64,000 nucleotides of DNA. It comes from Candidatus Peribacteria bacterium. GTDB lineage: Bacteria > Patescibacteriota > Gracilibacteria > Peribacterales > Peribacteraceae. The DNA lies in contig JBEPVF010000001.1 in the NCBI GenBank assembly GCA_041691135.1, forward strand, positions 1 to 64,000, given 5' to 3'. Below are positions 35,791-46,165 of the stretch, in pieces; within the stretch, counting starts at the first letter, position 1; every line of letters begins with the position of its first letter. The translations under genes were made by a program, and so were the position numbers. The notes under the pieces were generated by a model. That model was not told where the DNA came from. It made no database searches and saw only the letters and a program-made list of their open reading frames with translations.

Positions 35791-37016
35791 ATATTCTCGA
35801 GAACATCCGCAATGCGCTCGGCGCCATCGGCTCCAACAAACTGCGCTCGGCCCTTACGATGCTCGGCATCATCATCGGCGTGGCATCGGTGGTTCTGATG
35901 ATCGCCATCGGCCAGGGTGCCCAGCGCGGCGTTACCTCGCGTATCGAAAGTCTGGGGACGAATCTGATTACGGTGTCGCCCGGCAGTCCGAATCAGACGA
36001 ACGTGCGTTTCGGCGGGGGAGGGGGCGGAACGGCAAGCGCGACGCTGAAGCAGGATGATGTGACGGCGATTCAGACGGCTGTCCAGGGCATCAAAGCGAT
36101 TGAGCCGGAGTATCGGAATCGTCAGCAAGTGATTGCCGGCAGCCAAAATCTGAATACCAGCATCATCGGCACGACGCCCGAGTACCTCACCGTGCGCAAT
36201 TCGCCGCTCGCATACGGAAGCTTTATTACTGAGCAGAATCTGCTCAACGGCGATAAGGTAGCCGTGCTCGGCACGCAGACGGTGGCCAGTTTGTTTCCCG
36301 ACGATCCCAGCCCGCTTGGCAAAGACGTGCGCATCGGTACCAACATCTTCACCGTCATCGGCGTGATGCAGACCAAAGGGCAACAAGGCGTGACGAACCA
36401 AGACGACATGATCCTCATACCGCTCACTACCATGCAGCGGCGATTTGTGGGACAGGCCGTCGTCAGTTCCATTTCCGTCTCGGTCACGAATCAAAAAGAC
36501 ATGGACTTGGTGCAGCGTGAGATCACGGCAGTTCTTTTAAATGCACATGGTATCACCGACGCCAGTAAGCAGGACTTTACCGCGCTGAATCAGGCTGATG
36601 CGGTGCAGACATTGAATCAGGTGACAGGCATCTTCACGCTCCTTCTGGGCGGCATCGCCGCCATTTCGCTCCTGGTCGGCGGCATCGGTGTGATGAATAT
36701 CATGCTCGTGTCGGTCACCGAGCGAACGCGCGAGATCGGCATTCGCAAAGCCATCGGTGCCAAGAAGCGCGATATCATGCTCCAATTTTTGGTGGAATCG
36801 ATGGTACTCAGTGTATTGGGAGGAGTCATCGGCGTAGCGATCAGCCTGATCGGATCGTGGATCGTCAAGTCACAATTCAATTTGGATGCAACGATTTCAC
36901 TTTTATACGTCGTACTTGCCACGTTTTTCTCTATCGGAGTCGGTGTATTTTTTGGTATGCTGCCGGCCTACAAAGCGGCGCGTCTGCGGCCTATCGAAGC
37001 CCTCCGCTACGAATAA
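35787..37016 (+). CDS. MacB-family ABC permease
   Basis: NKLRSALTMLGIIIG, NIMLVSVTERTREIG. Confidence 0.95.
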   Translation: MNILENIRNALGAIGSNKLRSALTMLGIIIGVASVVLMIAIGQGAQRGVTSRIESLGTNLITVSPGSPNQTNVRFGGGGGGTASATLKQDDVTAIQTAVQGIKAIEPEYRNRQQVIAGSQNLNTSIIGTTPEYLTVRNSPLAYGSFITEQNLLNGDKVAVLGTQTVASLFPDDPSPLGKDVRIGTNIFTVIGVMQTKGQQGVTNQDDMILIPLTTMQRRFVGQAVVSSISVSVTNQKDMDLVQREITAVLLNAHGITDASKQDFTALNQADAVQTLNQVTGIFTLLLGGIAAISLLVGGIGVMNIMLVSVTERTREIGIRKAIGAKKRDIMLQFLVESMVLSVLGGVIGVAISLIGSWIVKSQFNLDATISLLYVVLATFFSIGVGVFFGMLPAYKAARLRPIEALRYE

Positions 37017-37057
37017 CATCCTCATTCTTTTCTTTATTTTTTCTCACATTCCTCATC

Positions 37058-37603
37058 ATGAAAAAAGTTCTTCTCTTCCCGGCTGCAGCCAGCCTGCTGT
37101 TGCTCGTCGCTTGCAGCGGTACTACCACGACTACGTCTACTGATGGCTCTTCTTCCACTGATACAACGATGTCCGCACCATCCGACATCGGTACTACTGG
37201 TGATGCAATGAGCGCTGACAACAGTATGAGTGATGACTCGATGTCCGCCATTAGTGAATCCAGTGATACCGAAACGTCTGATGATTCTTCCTCTGCCGCA
37301 ACATCCACTAAGCCTGTTTCTGATGTACGCGTGATCAATGTCACAGCCGACAACTTCAAATTCACGCCGAATATCATCACGGTGAAGAAGGGCGAAAAGG
37401 TGGTTGTGCATTTGTCGGATGCCAATGGTGTTCACGGTTTCGGAAGCAAGGATCTCGGTTTCAATGTGACGATCAATCCGGGTGAAACAAAGGACGTCAC
37501 GATTCCGACCGACAAAGCCGGAACCTTTTCCTTCCGCTGCACGGTTCCGTGCGGTCCTGGACACATGGATATGACCGGACAGATCATTATTCAAGAGGCG
37601 TAG
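37058..37603 (+). CDS. cupredoxin-domain lipoprotein
   Basis: LVAC lipobox, Ser/Thr linker, HG..., FRCTVPCGPGHMDM CuA-like motif. Confidence 0.85.
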   Translation: MKKVLLFPAAASLLLLVACSGTTTTTSTDGSSSTDTTMSAPSDIGTTGDAMSADNSMSDDSMSAISESSDTETSDDSSSAATSTKPVSDVRVINVTADNFKFTPNIITVKKGEKVVVHLSDANGVHGFGSKDLGFNVTINPGETKDVTIPTDKAGTFSFRCTVPCGPGHMDMTGQIIIQEA

Positions 37604-37622
37604 TTTCTATTGAGATGTACGT

Positions 37623-37655
37623 AAAAAAGAGTGACTTCTCAGTCACTCTTTTTTT
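37623..37655. terminator. bidirectional rho-independent terminator
   Basis: AAAAAAGAGTGACT-TCTC-AGTCACTCTTTTTT. Confidence 0.85.
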
Positions 37656-37675
37656 AATTGAAAATTGAGAATTTT

Positions 37676-39469
37676 TTAAAATTTCTGCTTCTCCCACAGT
37701 TCGTAGAATCGTCCCTTTTTCGCGTACAGTTCATCGAAGTTGCCTTCTTCGATAATCTGTCCGTTCTCCAGTACCAAAATGCGATCCATCTCGCGGATCG
37801 TCGTCAGCCGGTGGGCAATCACGACGGCCGTGACCGACTGGAAGAATTGATGGAGCGAGTCGCGGATCTTCTCTTCGGATTCCAGATCCAAATGCGATGT
37901 GGCTTCGTCCAGAAATAGCAGCTGTGGTTGCTTGTACACGGCTCGTGCGATGCCGAGGCGCTGCTTTTCGCCGCCCGAAAGCTTGATGCCCTTTTCGCCG
38001 ATAAGAGTGTCGAGGCCTTGGGGAAGTTTGTTCAGAAAATCATCGACGTGCGCGACGGCGATCGATTCCTGCAGTCGCTTCTTTTCGTTCGATGCATCCT
38101 GCGTCGCCAATACGATATTGTCCCGCAACGAGAAGTTGAAGACCTCCGTGTCTTGTAGTACAACCGCCGTGTGCTGAAACATCGATGTCCGTTTAATATC
38201 GCGCAGAGGAACGCCGTCAAACAAAATTTCGCCGTCGTAGTTCTCGTATTCTTTAAGGAGCAATTTGAACAGCGTTGATTTGCCGGCGCCCGATAAACCT
38301 ACGACACCGGTCCGTTCGCCGCGAGTAATCGTAAACGAGATGTTTTTCAAAACAGGTTTTGTTCCGTACGAAAATGACAAATTTTTCACAGTCAATTTCT
38401 TCCAATTTTTGGGAAACTCGCGTTTGCCTACCTCGCTATCGATGCCGATGGGTTCATCCAAAATCTGTTTCATGCGCCAGAAGCCGTACTTGCCGATGAC
38501 AAAATCAAGCGACACGCGCGACAGTTGATTGATGGATTCCCAGATGTAGTTGAAGTAGTTGTAGAACAGCACCAGGAATCCCACTTCATACCAACCGTGG
38601 ATGATGCCGTACACAATGTAGAACAGAATACCGAGGCGAAATATTTGTCCCCACATATTCACCACCGCGTCGCGGGTGCGGAACCAGGCGATACGTCGGC
38701 GGATAGTGAGGAACCATTGGCCAAATTTTACGCTTACCAAAGCCAAAAGTCCGTTTCCCATCCCCAGCACCTTCACGCTGCGGATGTTGTTGAGAATCTC
38801 GAATTCCAGTCCGGCCACTTCTTCCTCCATCTGCGTCGTCACATTGGCTGCCTCGCCGGCCTTACTGGTGAGATAAAATGCGATAGCGATATAGCTGACA
38901 AGAAAAAGAATCGTAAGCAGTCCGATGAGCAGATCGAAACGCGCAAGGATGAAGATCATGCCCACGAAATTGACCGCGCAGTCGATGATATTGTCGAACC
39001 AAATACGGATGACTTTATCAATGCCTTCGCCGCCCCGTTGTATGCGCTTGAGTTTATTGCCCGAGTTTTCTTTCTCGTGCCAGCGCATGTCGAGCAGCAG
39101 TAAATGTTCCAGTGTTTTTTGCATGCTACTGAGTGCCACGCGCTCGGCGGTCTGGTATCCATAGTGCGCCGCCACTTCCAGACCGATGTAATGAAATGTC
39201 GAAATGAGTGCCCAGAGCGTTCCAATCCACAGGAGCGGTGTCAGATCATCGCCCGGTTGGTACCGGGCAAAAAACGTGACGATCGATGCCAATGCGTACG
39301 GCGGATAGAGCCAGATAACCTGGCCGATAAAGCGCAACAACGATGCAAACCAGAATGAGGTTCGGTACGGACGAATCAGCGGCAGCAAATCGCGCACCAG
39401 AGCGACAGTGCCGTAGGTCGCCGATTCTTCACGTTTGTAGTATTTCACGGAGTCGGCATGGTACAGCAT
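37676..39469 (-). CDS. ABC exporter, fused permease/ATPase
   Basis: TM domain plus GLSGAGKS, LSGGEKQR, LDEATS. Confidence 0.93.
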   Translation of the reverse strand: MLYHADSVKYYKREESATYGTVALVRDLLPLIRPYRTSFWFASLLRFIGQVIWLYPPYALASIVTFFARYQPGDDLTPLLWIGTLWALISTFHYIGLEVAAHYGYQTAERVALSSMQKTLEHLLLLDMRWHEKENSGNKLKRIQRGGEGIDKVIRIWFDNIIDCAVNFVGMIFILARFDLLIGLLTILFLVSYIAIAFYLTSKAGEAANVTTQMEEEVAGLEFEILNNIRSVKVLGMGNGLLALVSVKFGQWFLTIRRRIAWFRTRDAVVNMWGQIFRLGILFYIVYGIIHGWYEVGFLVLFYNYFNYIWESINQLSRVSLDFVIGKYGFWRMKQILDEPIGIDSEVGKREFPKNWKKLTVKNLSFSYGTKPVLKNISFTITRGERTGVVGLSGAGKSTLFKLLLKEYENYDGEILFDGVPLRDIKRTSMFQHTAVVLQDTEVFNFSLRDNIVLATQDASNEKKRLQESIAVAHVDDFLNKLPQGLDTLIGEKGIKLSGGEKQRLGIARAVYKQPQLLFLDEATSHLDLESEEKIRDSLHQFFQSVTAVVIAHRLTTIREMDRILVLENGQIIEEGNFDELYAKKGRFYELWEKQKF

Positions 39470-39540
39470 GTTGGCTTTTAGTTCACTGATTCGTTCGTCT
39501 CATAGAGAAATGTCACCCTGAGTCCCAGCTCATACATAAA

Positions 39541-39565
39541 AAGAAGGGCACCGAATGCCCTTCTT
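39541..39565 (-). terminator. terminator hairpin
   Basis: AAGAAGGGCA-CCGAA-TGCCCTTCTT. Confidence 0.7.
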
Positions 39566-39578
39566 AACGCTATTCCTG

Positions 39579-39839
39579 TTATTTTGCCGGCTGTGGCGCG
39601 GTATTGGTAGCCGGTGGCGGACTCACCTTGGGTACATTCACATTGATGTCATACTGTTGCGGCGTGCCGGTGGCTGGTGCGGTGCTGAAATTAAAAGGAT
39701 AGGCGCGGGCAAGGAACAGCGCGAATCCAGCCACAATCAGAATGAGGAGCAGAGCCACGATCCACATGCCCGATGCGTCGCTCGAGTCGGTTTCCTCGAC
39801 ATGCCGTTCCACAATTGCCGGTTGACGGATAGTTGCCAT
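39579..39839 (-). CDS. small single-TM protein
   Basis: MATIRQPAIVERHVE...GMWIVALLLILIVAGF. Confidence 0.6.
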   Translation of the reverse strand: MATIRQPAIVERHVEETDSSDASGMWIVALLLILIVAGFALFLARAYPFNFSTAPATGTPQQYDINVNVPKVSPPPATNTAPQPAK

Positions 39840-39908
39840 AAGAAAAGAAGGGAATTGAATAAAAAGGAAAGCAGTATTGTTGACGGCGAGTATCTTGTTT
39901 TCTGTCAA

Positions 39909-40790
39909 TTAAGGCTGGCCAAGTGTGTACTTGCGTAATTGGTTTCGAAAATGTTGGTACAAATCATCATTGTTCGGAACAACTGCTTTTCGCAGGACGC
40001 ACGTGAGAGCCCTGTTTTCGATGACTTGTGTGAATTCATGATCACCCATTTTCAGCTGGGCGAGACGATCAAACGCGGCTTGCGGAGCCATGAAACCAAG
40101 CCGGCCAACACTGATCGTATCGCCGTCACAGACAAATGATCGGCGTTTAGCGTCAGCGTCAGGACGAGTGTTTGTCCTACCAGCCTGCCATACCAATGTC
40201 TGATACAACTCAGATCGATGAAAGTTTGTATCGATTGAATTGATTCTCGTTTGATTAAAGTATTCCAATTCCATGATCATGTTTGCATCTTCGTCACTGG
40301 CCGGTACGAAGCCCTGACTCTTGAAAAAATTCATCACTGGCAACTGTTGCACCGTCGCTTGCAAATGAATGGCTCTATTTCGCTTTTTCGCTGTCTCCTG
40401 AGCGCATGATTCAATTACATCCAGCATTTTCTCGCCAATCCGCGGTCCTTCCCGATGCATGATGTCCCAGAAAGTCGAATTCCCTTTCACTTTTTCTTCA
40501 ATAACGAATACGGCGTGATCCCGCTCTTCTCTTCCTTCTTGGCTGGAAAGTGCAAGCCGTAACTGTATGGTGCCGTACTCCTCGCTTGGCATAAGGGACA
40601 GGCGCAGGATTTTGGTTGGACTGCCGCCAATACGAATGCTTTCCGGGTATTGTGATTCGCCATTGAGTGCTGCCTGAATGTACTCGGCTGCCAGCTTACC
40701 TGCATCCTCTGCCGATGTTTGCCACTCGTTCAATGCGTCATACGAAAGAGACGGCTCGATAAGACTGTCTGTTGCAGACATCATTGACAT
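39909..40790 (-). CDS. hypothetical protein (possible degenerate GNAT fold)
   Basis: IGEKML...NFFKSQGF segment. Confidence 0.55.
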   Translation of the reverse strand: MSMMSATDSLIEPSLSYDALNEWQTSAEDAGKLAAEYIQAALNGESQYPESIRIGGSPTKILRLSLMPSEEYGTIQLRLALSSQEGREERDHAVFVIEEKVKGNSTFWDIMHREGPRIGEKMLDVIESCAQETAKKRNRAIHLQATVQQLPVMNFFKSQGFVPASDEDANMIMELEYFNQTRINSIDTNFHRSELYQTLVWQAGRTNTRPDADAKRRSFVCDGDTISVGRLGFMAPQAAFDRLAQLKMGDHEFTQVIENRALTCVLRKAVVPNNDDLYQHFRNQLRKYTLGQP

Positions 40791-40882
40791 ACCGGTTCAA
40801 TGTACAGACGTCGCTTTCCATCACTAAACAGAAAGAGTAAGAAATTCACTTTTGCTCTACCTGAAGAGAAAAACTCATCGCA

Positions 40883-42754
40883 TCAGAACCAACACTTCAC
40901 GAGCAGCACGCGCAATGCATTGAAGATCACCACGACATCAATCACTTCCTGTAACAGTGCACCGACTACCGGCAGAATGAAGCCGAATGTGGCCAGCAGC
41001 ATCAGTACGATGCTCAAGCCGATGCCGATGAAGATACTTTGCTTGGCGATGGCTAGTACTTGATTGCCCAAGCACAGTGCTTCGCCCACGCGTTCGATCT
41101 GATCCACCATGATCACAATATCGCTGGCCTCGGCCGAGGCGGTAGAACCGTGTGCACCCATCGCAATTCCCACGTCCGCTGCGGCCAGGGCCGGCGCATC
41201 GTTCACGCCATCGCCCACCATCACGACCGGCGAGTATGTCTGCTTTAATCTTTGCACTTCTTCCACTTTTTGCTCAGGCAACGCTTCGGCCAGCACATCA
41301 TCGTCATTCAATCCGATCTCGCGCGCCACTCGCAATGCGGGTACTCGCTTGTCGCCGGTGAGCATCATTATTTTTTGAATATTGAGTCCGCGCATGCCGT
41401 GGAACAAATGCTTCACCTGACTGCGAACGTGATCGGCAAAACGAATGGCACCCAGCACACCTTGCTTTGTCGCCAGATAGACCGTCATCGCTCCTTCTGT
41501 TTCGGCGCGGTCGTGCTCCTGTTTTGTTTTGTCGTCGATGGGAATTCCTTCGGACTGCAAAAATTTCAAACTGCCGAAGCAGTATTCTTTGCCGTCGATC
41601 ATGCCGCGTACACCTTTGCCGAGGCTTTCGTGAAACTCATCCGGAAACGCCAGGTCGATCTTTTTGTCATGCGCATGCTCGACAATGGCTCGCGCCAGCA
41701 CGTGCGTCGATAGCTGATCCAGTGACGCTGCAATTCTGATGATATCCTCTGGTTTCTGATCACTGGCCTCTGATGCATGCACCATGACTTTTTCCACCGT
41801 CGGTACACCCAAGGTCAGCGTTCCCGTCTTATCGAATACTAAGCAGCGCGCGTCGCCAAGCTTTTCCAACACGCCGCCGTTCTTGACGATGATGCCGCGC
41901 TTGGCTGCCCGGCTGATGCCGGACGAGAAGGCAATCGGCGTCGCCAGGATAAGCGGGCACGGCGTCGCGACGACCAGGACGGCCAGAGCACGCACCGGAT
42001 CATGGCTCAACAGCCAGGCGCTGATGGCGAGAATAAAAGTGAGACTGGTGAACCATACGCTGTAGCGATCGGCTAACCGTACAAACGGCGCCTTTTTCGC
42101 TTCGGCTTCTTTGATCAGGCGAATGATCTGTTGGTACTTGCTTTCGTGACTCGTTTTGAGCGCCATGATCTCGAGCACACCGTCTTTGGACACGCTGCCG
42201 CTCATCACGTGCGCGTGTTTGAACTTTTCGACGAGCATCGCTTCGCCGGTAAGCGCGGATTCGTCCACCATTGCCGTCCCGCTCACCACTTCGCCGTCGA
42301 CCGGTATGGTCTCGCCCGGTTTGACCAACACGACATCACCCGGGTGCACATTCTCGGCCGCGATGTCGCGTACAGTTTCTCCTTCTTTCTTATGGGCGAT
42401 AGTTGGTGCGTTCGAAATCAATGCCGTCAGCTCTCGGCGTGCCCGTCCCAACGCGAACCATTCCAGTGCCTCTCCGCCCGATAACATCAGGAGAATCACC
42501 GTGCCGGCCAGGTACTGATGAAACAGCAGCGATGCGACGATGGCGACGATGGCAATCAGGTCCACACCGAAATGACGGTTCAGGAGGGATTTGAGGATAT
42601 CGAGCAGTAAGGGTGCAGCGCCCACGACCAGCGTGACGATCAAAATCGTGTCACTCATCTGAGGATTATGGCTTGCGTAAGCCAATCCAGATGCCCATAG
42701 TCCGGCAAGTACAAAAGCGGGGATGACGGTACGGATGGAGAAAGGAAAGTGCAT
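40883..42754 (-). CDS. heavy-metal P1B ATPase (P1B-5-like motifs)
   Basis: TGE, ATPCPLILA, DKTGT, GDGVND, QEVID. Confidence 0.92.
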   Translation of the reverse strand: MHFPFSIRTVIPAFVLAGLWASGLAYASHNPQMSDTILIVTLVVGAAPLLLDILKSLLNRHFGVDLIAIVAIVASLLFHQYLAGTVILLMLSGGEALEWFALGRARRELTALISNAPTIAHKKEGETVRDIAAENVHPGDVVLVKPGETIPVDGEVVSGTAMVDESALTGEAMLVEKFKHAHVMSGSVSKDGVLEIMALKTSHESKYQQIIRLIKEAEAKKAPFVRLADRYSVWFTSLTFILAISAWLLSHDPVRALAVLVVATPCPLILATPIAFSSGISRAAKRGIIVKNGGVLEKLGDARCLVFDKTGTLTLGVPTVEKVMVHASEASDQKPEDIIRIAASLDQLSTHVLARAIVEHAHDKKIDLAFPDEFHESLGKGVRGMIDGKEYCFGSLKFLQSEGIPIDDKTKQEHDRAETEGAMTVYLATKQGVLGAIRFADHVRSQVKHLFHGMRGLNIQKIMMLTGDKRVPALRVAREIGLNDDDVLAEALPEQKVEEVQRLKQTYSPVVMVGDGVNDAPALAAADVGIAMGAHGSTASAEASDIVIMVDQIERVGEALCLGNQVLAIAKQSIFIGIGLSIVLMLLATFGFILPVVGALLQEVIDVVVIFNALRVLLVKCWF

Positions 42755-42836
42755 GAATAGAGGCTAAATGATTCCAGTGAACCATCATAGGCCGGAAGTG
42801 CTTGACCGGCTACTGCGGCGTTAGGAGAATGCAGGC

Positions 42837-43739
42837 ATGTCCCCCGTATTCCACATTGCGGCTTTCTACAAGTTTGTGCCGATTCCCTTGGAAGAGATTG
42901 CGAAGCGCCAATCTCAATTGCATGAATTTTTGATGAGTCATGATCTGCGGGGTCTGCTCCTGATCGCACCCGAAGGTATCAATGGGACGTGCGCCGGATC
43001 TACCGCAGGAATAGAGGCACTTAAAAAAATGCTCACCGAAACGTATGGCGACATCACCTTCAAAGACAGCTCTGCCGCCGCACAACCCTTTAAACGTTTG
43101 AAGGTGGATGTGCGTGAGGAAGTTGTGGCGATCGGAAATCCGTCTCTTGTGCCTGAGCAGGCCGATGATCATGTATCGCCTGCCGAGTGGGATCGGATAC
43201 TTGAAAACGAAGATGTGATCGTTCTCGACGTACGCAATACCTACGAGACGGAGATCGGCACATTTGCTTCGGCCATCGATCCTCAACTGTCGCAATTTCA
43301 GGAATTTCCATCCTACGTTGCCAAGTCGGATCTGCCGAAAGATAAAAAAGTGCTGATGTACTGCACGGGTGGCATCCGTTGCGAAAAAGCGGCCTTGGAA
43401 ATGCGCCGTCAGGGATATCAACATGTCTATCAGCTCGATGGCGGCATCTTGGGTTATCTGGCCGCGCGACCGCAGAGCAAATTTGTCGGGGAGTGTTTTG
43501 TGTTCGATCACCGTGTGTCGGTGAATCAGGAATTACTTCCGTCCGAGCGCTATGCATTGTGTCCGCACTGCGGCGATCCCGGTGATGTGACGATCGCATG
43601 CAGTCGCTGCCAGACCGAAAATAAAATATGTGGGCGATGCAACCGCGATGAAAATCGTCGGACCTGCAGCAAGGATTGTCGGCATCATGTTGAGCGCCAA
43701 ACACAGACGAAAAGTCAGCAAAGAGCTGCCGTCTCTTAA
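42837..43739 (+). CDS. trhO: rhodanese-domain tRNA uridine(34) hydroxylase
   Basis: FYKF, EGINGT, DVRN.YE..IG.F, YCTGGIRCEKA, GECFVFD.R. Confidence 0.9.
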   Translation: MSPVFHIAAFYKFVPIPLEEIAKRQSQLHEFLMSHDLRGLLLIAPEGINGTCAGSTAGIEALKKMLTETYGDITFKDSSAAAQPFKRLKVDVREEVVAIGNPSLVPEQADDHVSPAEWDRILENEDVIVLDVRNTYETEIGTFASAIDPQLSQFQEFPSYVAKSDLPKDKKVLMYCTGGIRCEKAALEMRRQGYQHVYQLDGGILGYLAARPQSKFVGECFVFDHRVSVNQELLPSERYALCPHCGDPGDVTIACSRCQTENKICGRCNRDENRRTCSKDCRHHVERQTQTKSQQRAAVS

Positions 43740-43885
43740 AGTATATTAAAAAATAATTATAATATTAGTTCAATACGATGATGAACAAGATCCGAACTCA
43801 TGAGGGCGTGTTTGTTTGTAGTGCAAGCCGACAACGCGCTTCAGATACTTTCGGTGGCCGACCCTTGCCTGGGTAAGGTGTACAC

Positions 43886-44251
43886 GTGTACACTAACGGC
43901 ATGTTCACCTCGATGACCGATTTGGCCCTCCAGAATCAGCGATCCAGGATCGTCATCGATTGGTCGGACTTGTGTACTGATGATCGCTCGGACACCGGTG
44001 GAACTGAGGTGGACGAGATGCTCCAGTGGGTGCACACGTACCCGCGGCGTTCGGACATCCATGTCTACCTCCAGAGTCCCAAGCGAACGGAGGCAGGACG
44101 TCGTCTCAAGAACACGCTGCAGGCACTGGGATGCACGGTGACCGTCAAGCTTGCCTCATCTGTTCGTCAACGTGCTCTGGAAGGGACGCGCGCAGCACTG
44201 AGTCTTCCGTCTCCTGCGTTTCTGAATGATTTTGTCGGAGCATGCGCATAG
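43886..44251 (+). CDS. hypothetical protein
   Basis: 121-aa ORF occupying an otherwise empty gap. Confidence 0.45.
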   Translation: MYTNGMFTSMTDLALQNQRSRIVIDWSDLCTDDRSDTGGTEVDEMLQWVHTYPRRSDIHVYLQSPKRTEAGRRLKNTLQALGCTVTVKLASSVRQRALEGTRAALSLPSPAFLNDFVGACA

Positions 44252-44460
44252 GAGACACTTACATTGTTATGATCTGAAGGAAAACGGAGAATGGAAACAC
44301 AGAGCGGAGAAAAGGCGCGGCGGAACGCGTCTTTTCTAATAGGCGGTTGGAACATTTTTGTTGAAAATCATTACAAATAACTTGCATTCGCTGACGGTAA
44401 CGCAAAGCGATCTTTGTACGATATGCATTCGAACGCCAGTTTTCGATTATACTAACGTGT

Positions 44461-45663
44461 ATGCGCTGGCGGTCACTCTTTCCGCTCATGTTTCTTGCGG
44501 CAATTGTTCATCTGAACACGGCACACGCCGCCTCGCTTTCGTTGGCGGATGTGCGTCCGTCAAACCTTGCGTACGGTGCGATTACCTATGTGGTGGGCCA
44601 TAATATTATGGAGGCGGACAAGGACCAGAAGTTTCATCCCGACCGCCTGCTCAATCGGGCGGAATTCATAAAAACAGTGGTTAGCGCATCGGCGTCGGCC
44701 GCACAGGTCGATGATTGCCGTTTCCCCAAAAAGCGGCCGTATGCCGATGTTCCGTCTGGACTGTGGTTCGGACCGGCTCTATGTGTGGCCTATCAACATG
44801 GTTGGGTGGTGAGCAACAGCGGTAAATTCCGACCTGCCGATACGATATCAAGAGCAGAGGCAGCCAAGATATTGGCGCAGGCTTTTGGCCTGCATTTGCC
44901 TGATCCAAAAAAAGGAGATGCCTGGTATGTTCCGGCCATTACGGCTCTCACGAATGCTCATGCGCTCACCGTTTCCGTGCCGCCCACCACATCTATGACG
45001 CGCGCCAATCTGGCGCAGATCATCTGGCGCCTCCGGGTCCCTCCGCCTGTTCCCAAGGCGCCGATTGCCAAAAAAAAAGCGGCGAACATAAGTGTAAAAG
45101 TTGTCACGGCGGCGATGAAATGCGACGGGTTTACGGATGAAAACATTCCGCAGGTGGATCTGGCGGAGGTACGCCGCGTGTGGCTGTCGTGGATCAACGA
45201 TGCGCGCGCCGATCAGGAATTGTCCGCCTATCAGTACGAATCACAACTCAATCGTACTGCGACGACCTGGTCGCGTGAGGCCAAGGAGCGCGGCTCCATC
45301 ACCCACAAGCGGCCGGGACAAACTGCTTACTACGATTACACACTGATGGCCAAGTGGTTTGAGAATCTCGGTCTGGAATTCAAGAACGTGAAGGGCATGA
45401 CCTTTACGGAGAATATCGGTTGGGGATACTACAAATGCGGCGGCGCCGATGATTGTACGCAAGCGCTCATTGATGGAGTACGCTCAACGTTTGATATGTA
45501 TATGGCCGAGAAGCCCAAATCGTACCGACCGCATTACAACAGCATCATGAATCCGGAGTTCAAGCTCATTGGCATGGGCGTGGCAGTGGACAATGGAAAG
45601 TACTACGTGACCACTCATTACGGCACCGAAATTACATCGCAGCCACCACCGGTATGTCAGTAA
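44461..45663 (+). CDS. SLH + CAP (SCP) domain secreted protein
   Basis: SLH repeats; WIN.AR, ITH, ENIG, HY..IMNP.F..IGMG. Confidence 0.85.
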   Translation: MRWRSLFPLMFLAAIVHLNTAHAASLSLADVRPSNLAYGAITYVVGHNIMEADKDQKFHPDRLLNRAEFIKTVVSASASAAQVDDCRFPKKRPYADVPSGLWFGPALCVAYQHGWVVSNSGKFRPADTISRAEAAKILAQAFGLHLPDPKKGDAWYVPAITALTNAHALTVSVPPTTSMTRANLAQIIWRLRVPPPVPKAPIAKKKAANISVKVVTAAMKCDGFTDENIPQVDLAEVRRVWLSWINDARADQELSAYQYESQLNRTATTWSREAKERGSITHKRPGQTAYYDYTLMAKWFENLGLEFKNVKGMTFTENIGWGYYKCGGADDCTQALIDGVRSTFDMYMAEKPKSYRPHYNSIMNPEFKLIGMGVAVDNGKYYVTTHYGTEITSQPPPVCQ

Positions 45664-45716
45664 TTTGCAGGATTCGCCAGTCTGTTCTAGGCTAAGAGCA
45701 CCTTCCTCCGGTTTCT

Positions 45717-46121
45717 ATGCAGTGGCAGGAAAAAGTTCACGCGCCTAAACCGACGATTCGCCATGGTCTGCTGTCGCTCGTTTCTTCGATATTCAGCTTA
45801 CTGGGGATGACATTGTTTCTCATATTGCTCTTGTACCAGCTCAAAACGTGGCTCGAAACTGGTTTCTGGCCGTCGTTGCCGGTTCGGATTCTGTTGGTGG
45901 ATGTGCTGCATCTGTCGGCTATCACGGATTATACGTCGTGGTACAACGCGCCGACCAAATGGTTCGGTTTGCATACGATGGCCAAAGCCTTCGTCGAAGA
46001 CCTGCCGCTATCTATTTTCTTTTTGGTGCTCGGTAAACTCATTGCCATCTTGGTCGATGGCATTGCCCATTTTATTCCACAATCAAGAAACAAAGTGATT
46101 ACGATGGCGAACTTTAAATAA
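45717..46121 (+). CDS. membrane protein
   Basis: Hydrophobic segments, WL.TG.W motif. Confidence 0.6.
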   Translation: MQWQEKVHAPKPTIRHGLLSLVSSIFSLLGMTLFLILLLYQLKTWLETGFWPSLPVRILLVDVLHLSAITDYTSWYNAPTKWFGLHTMAKAFVEDLPLSIFFLVLGKLIAILVDGIAHFIPQSRNKVITMANFK

Positions 46122-46165
46122 CCGCCGAAGCATTCGTAGGACATTATTCTTTGTAGTGAAGTGAT

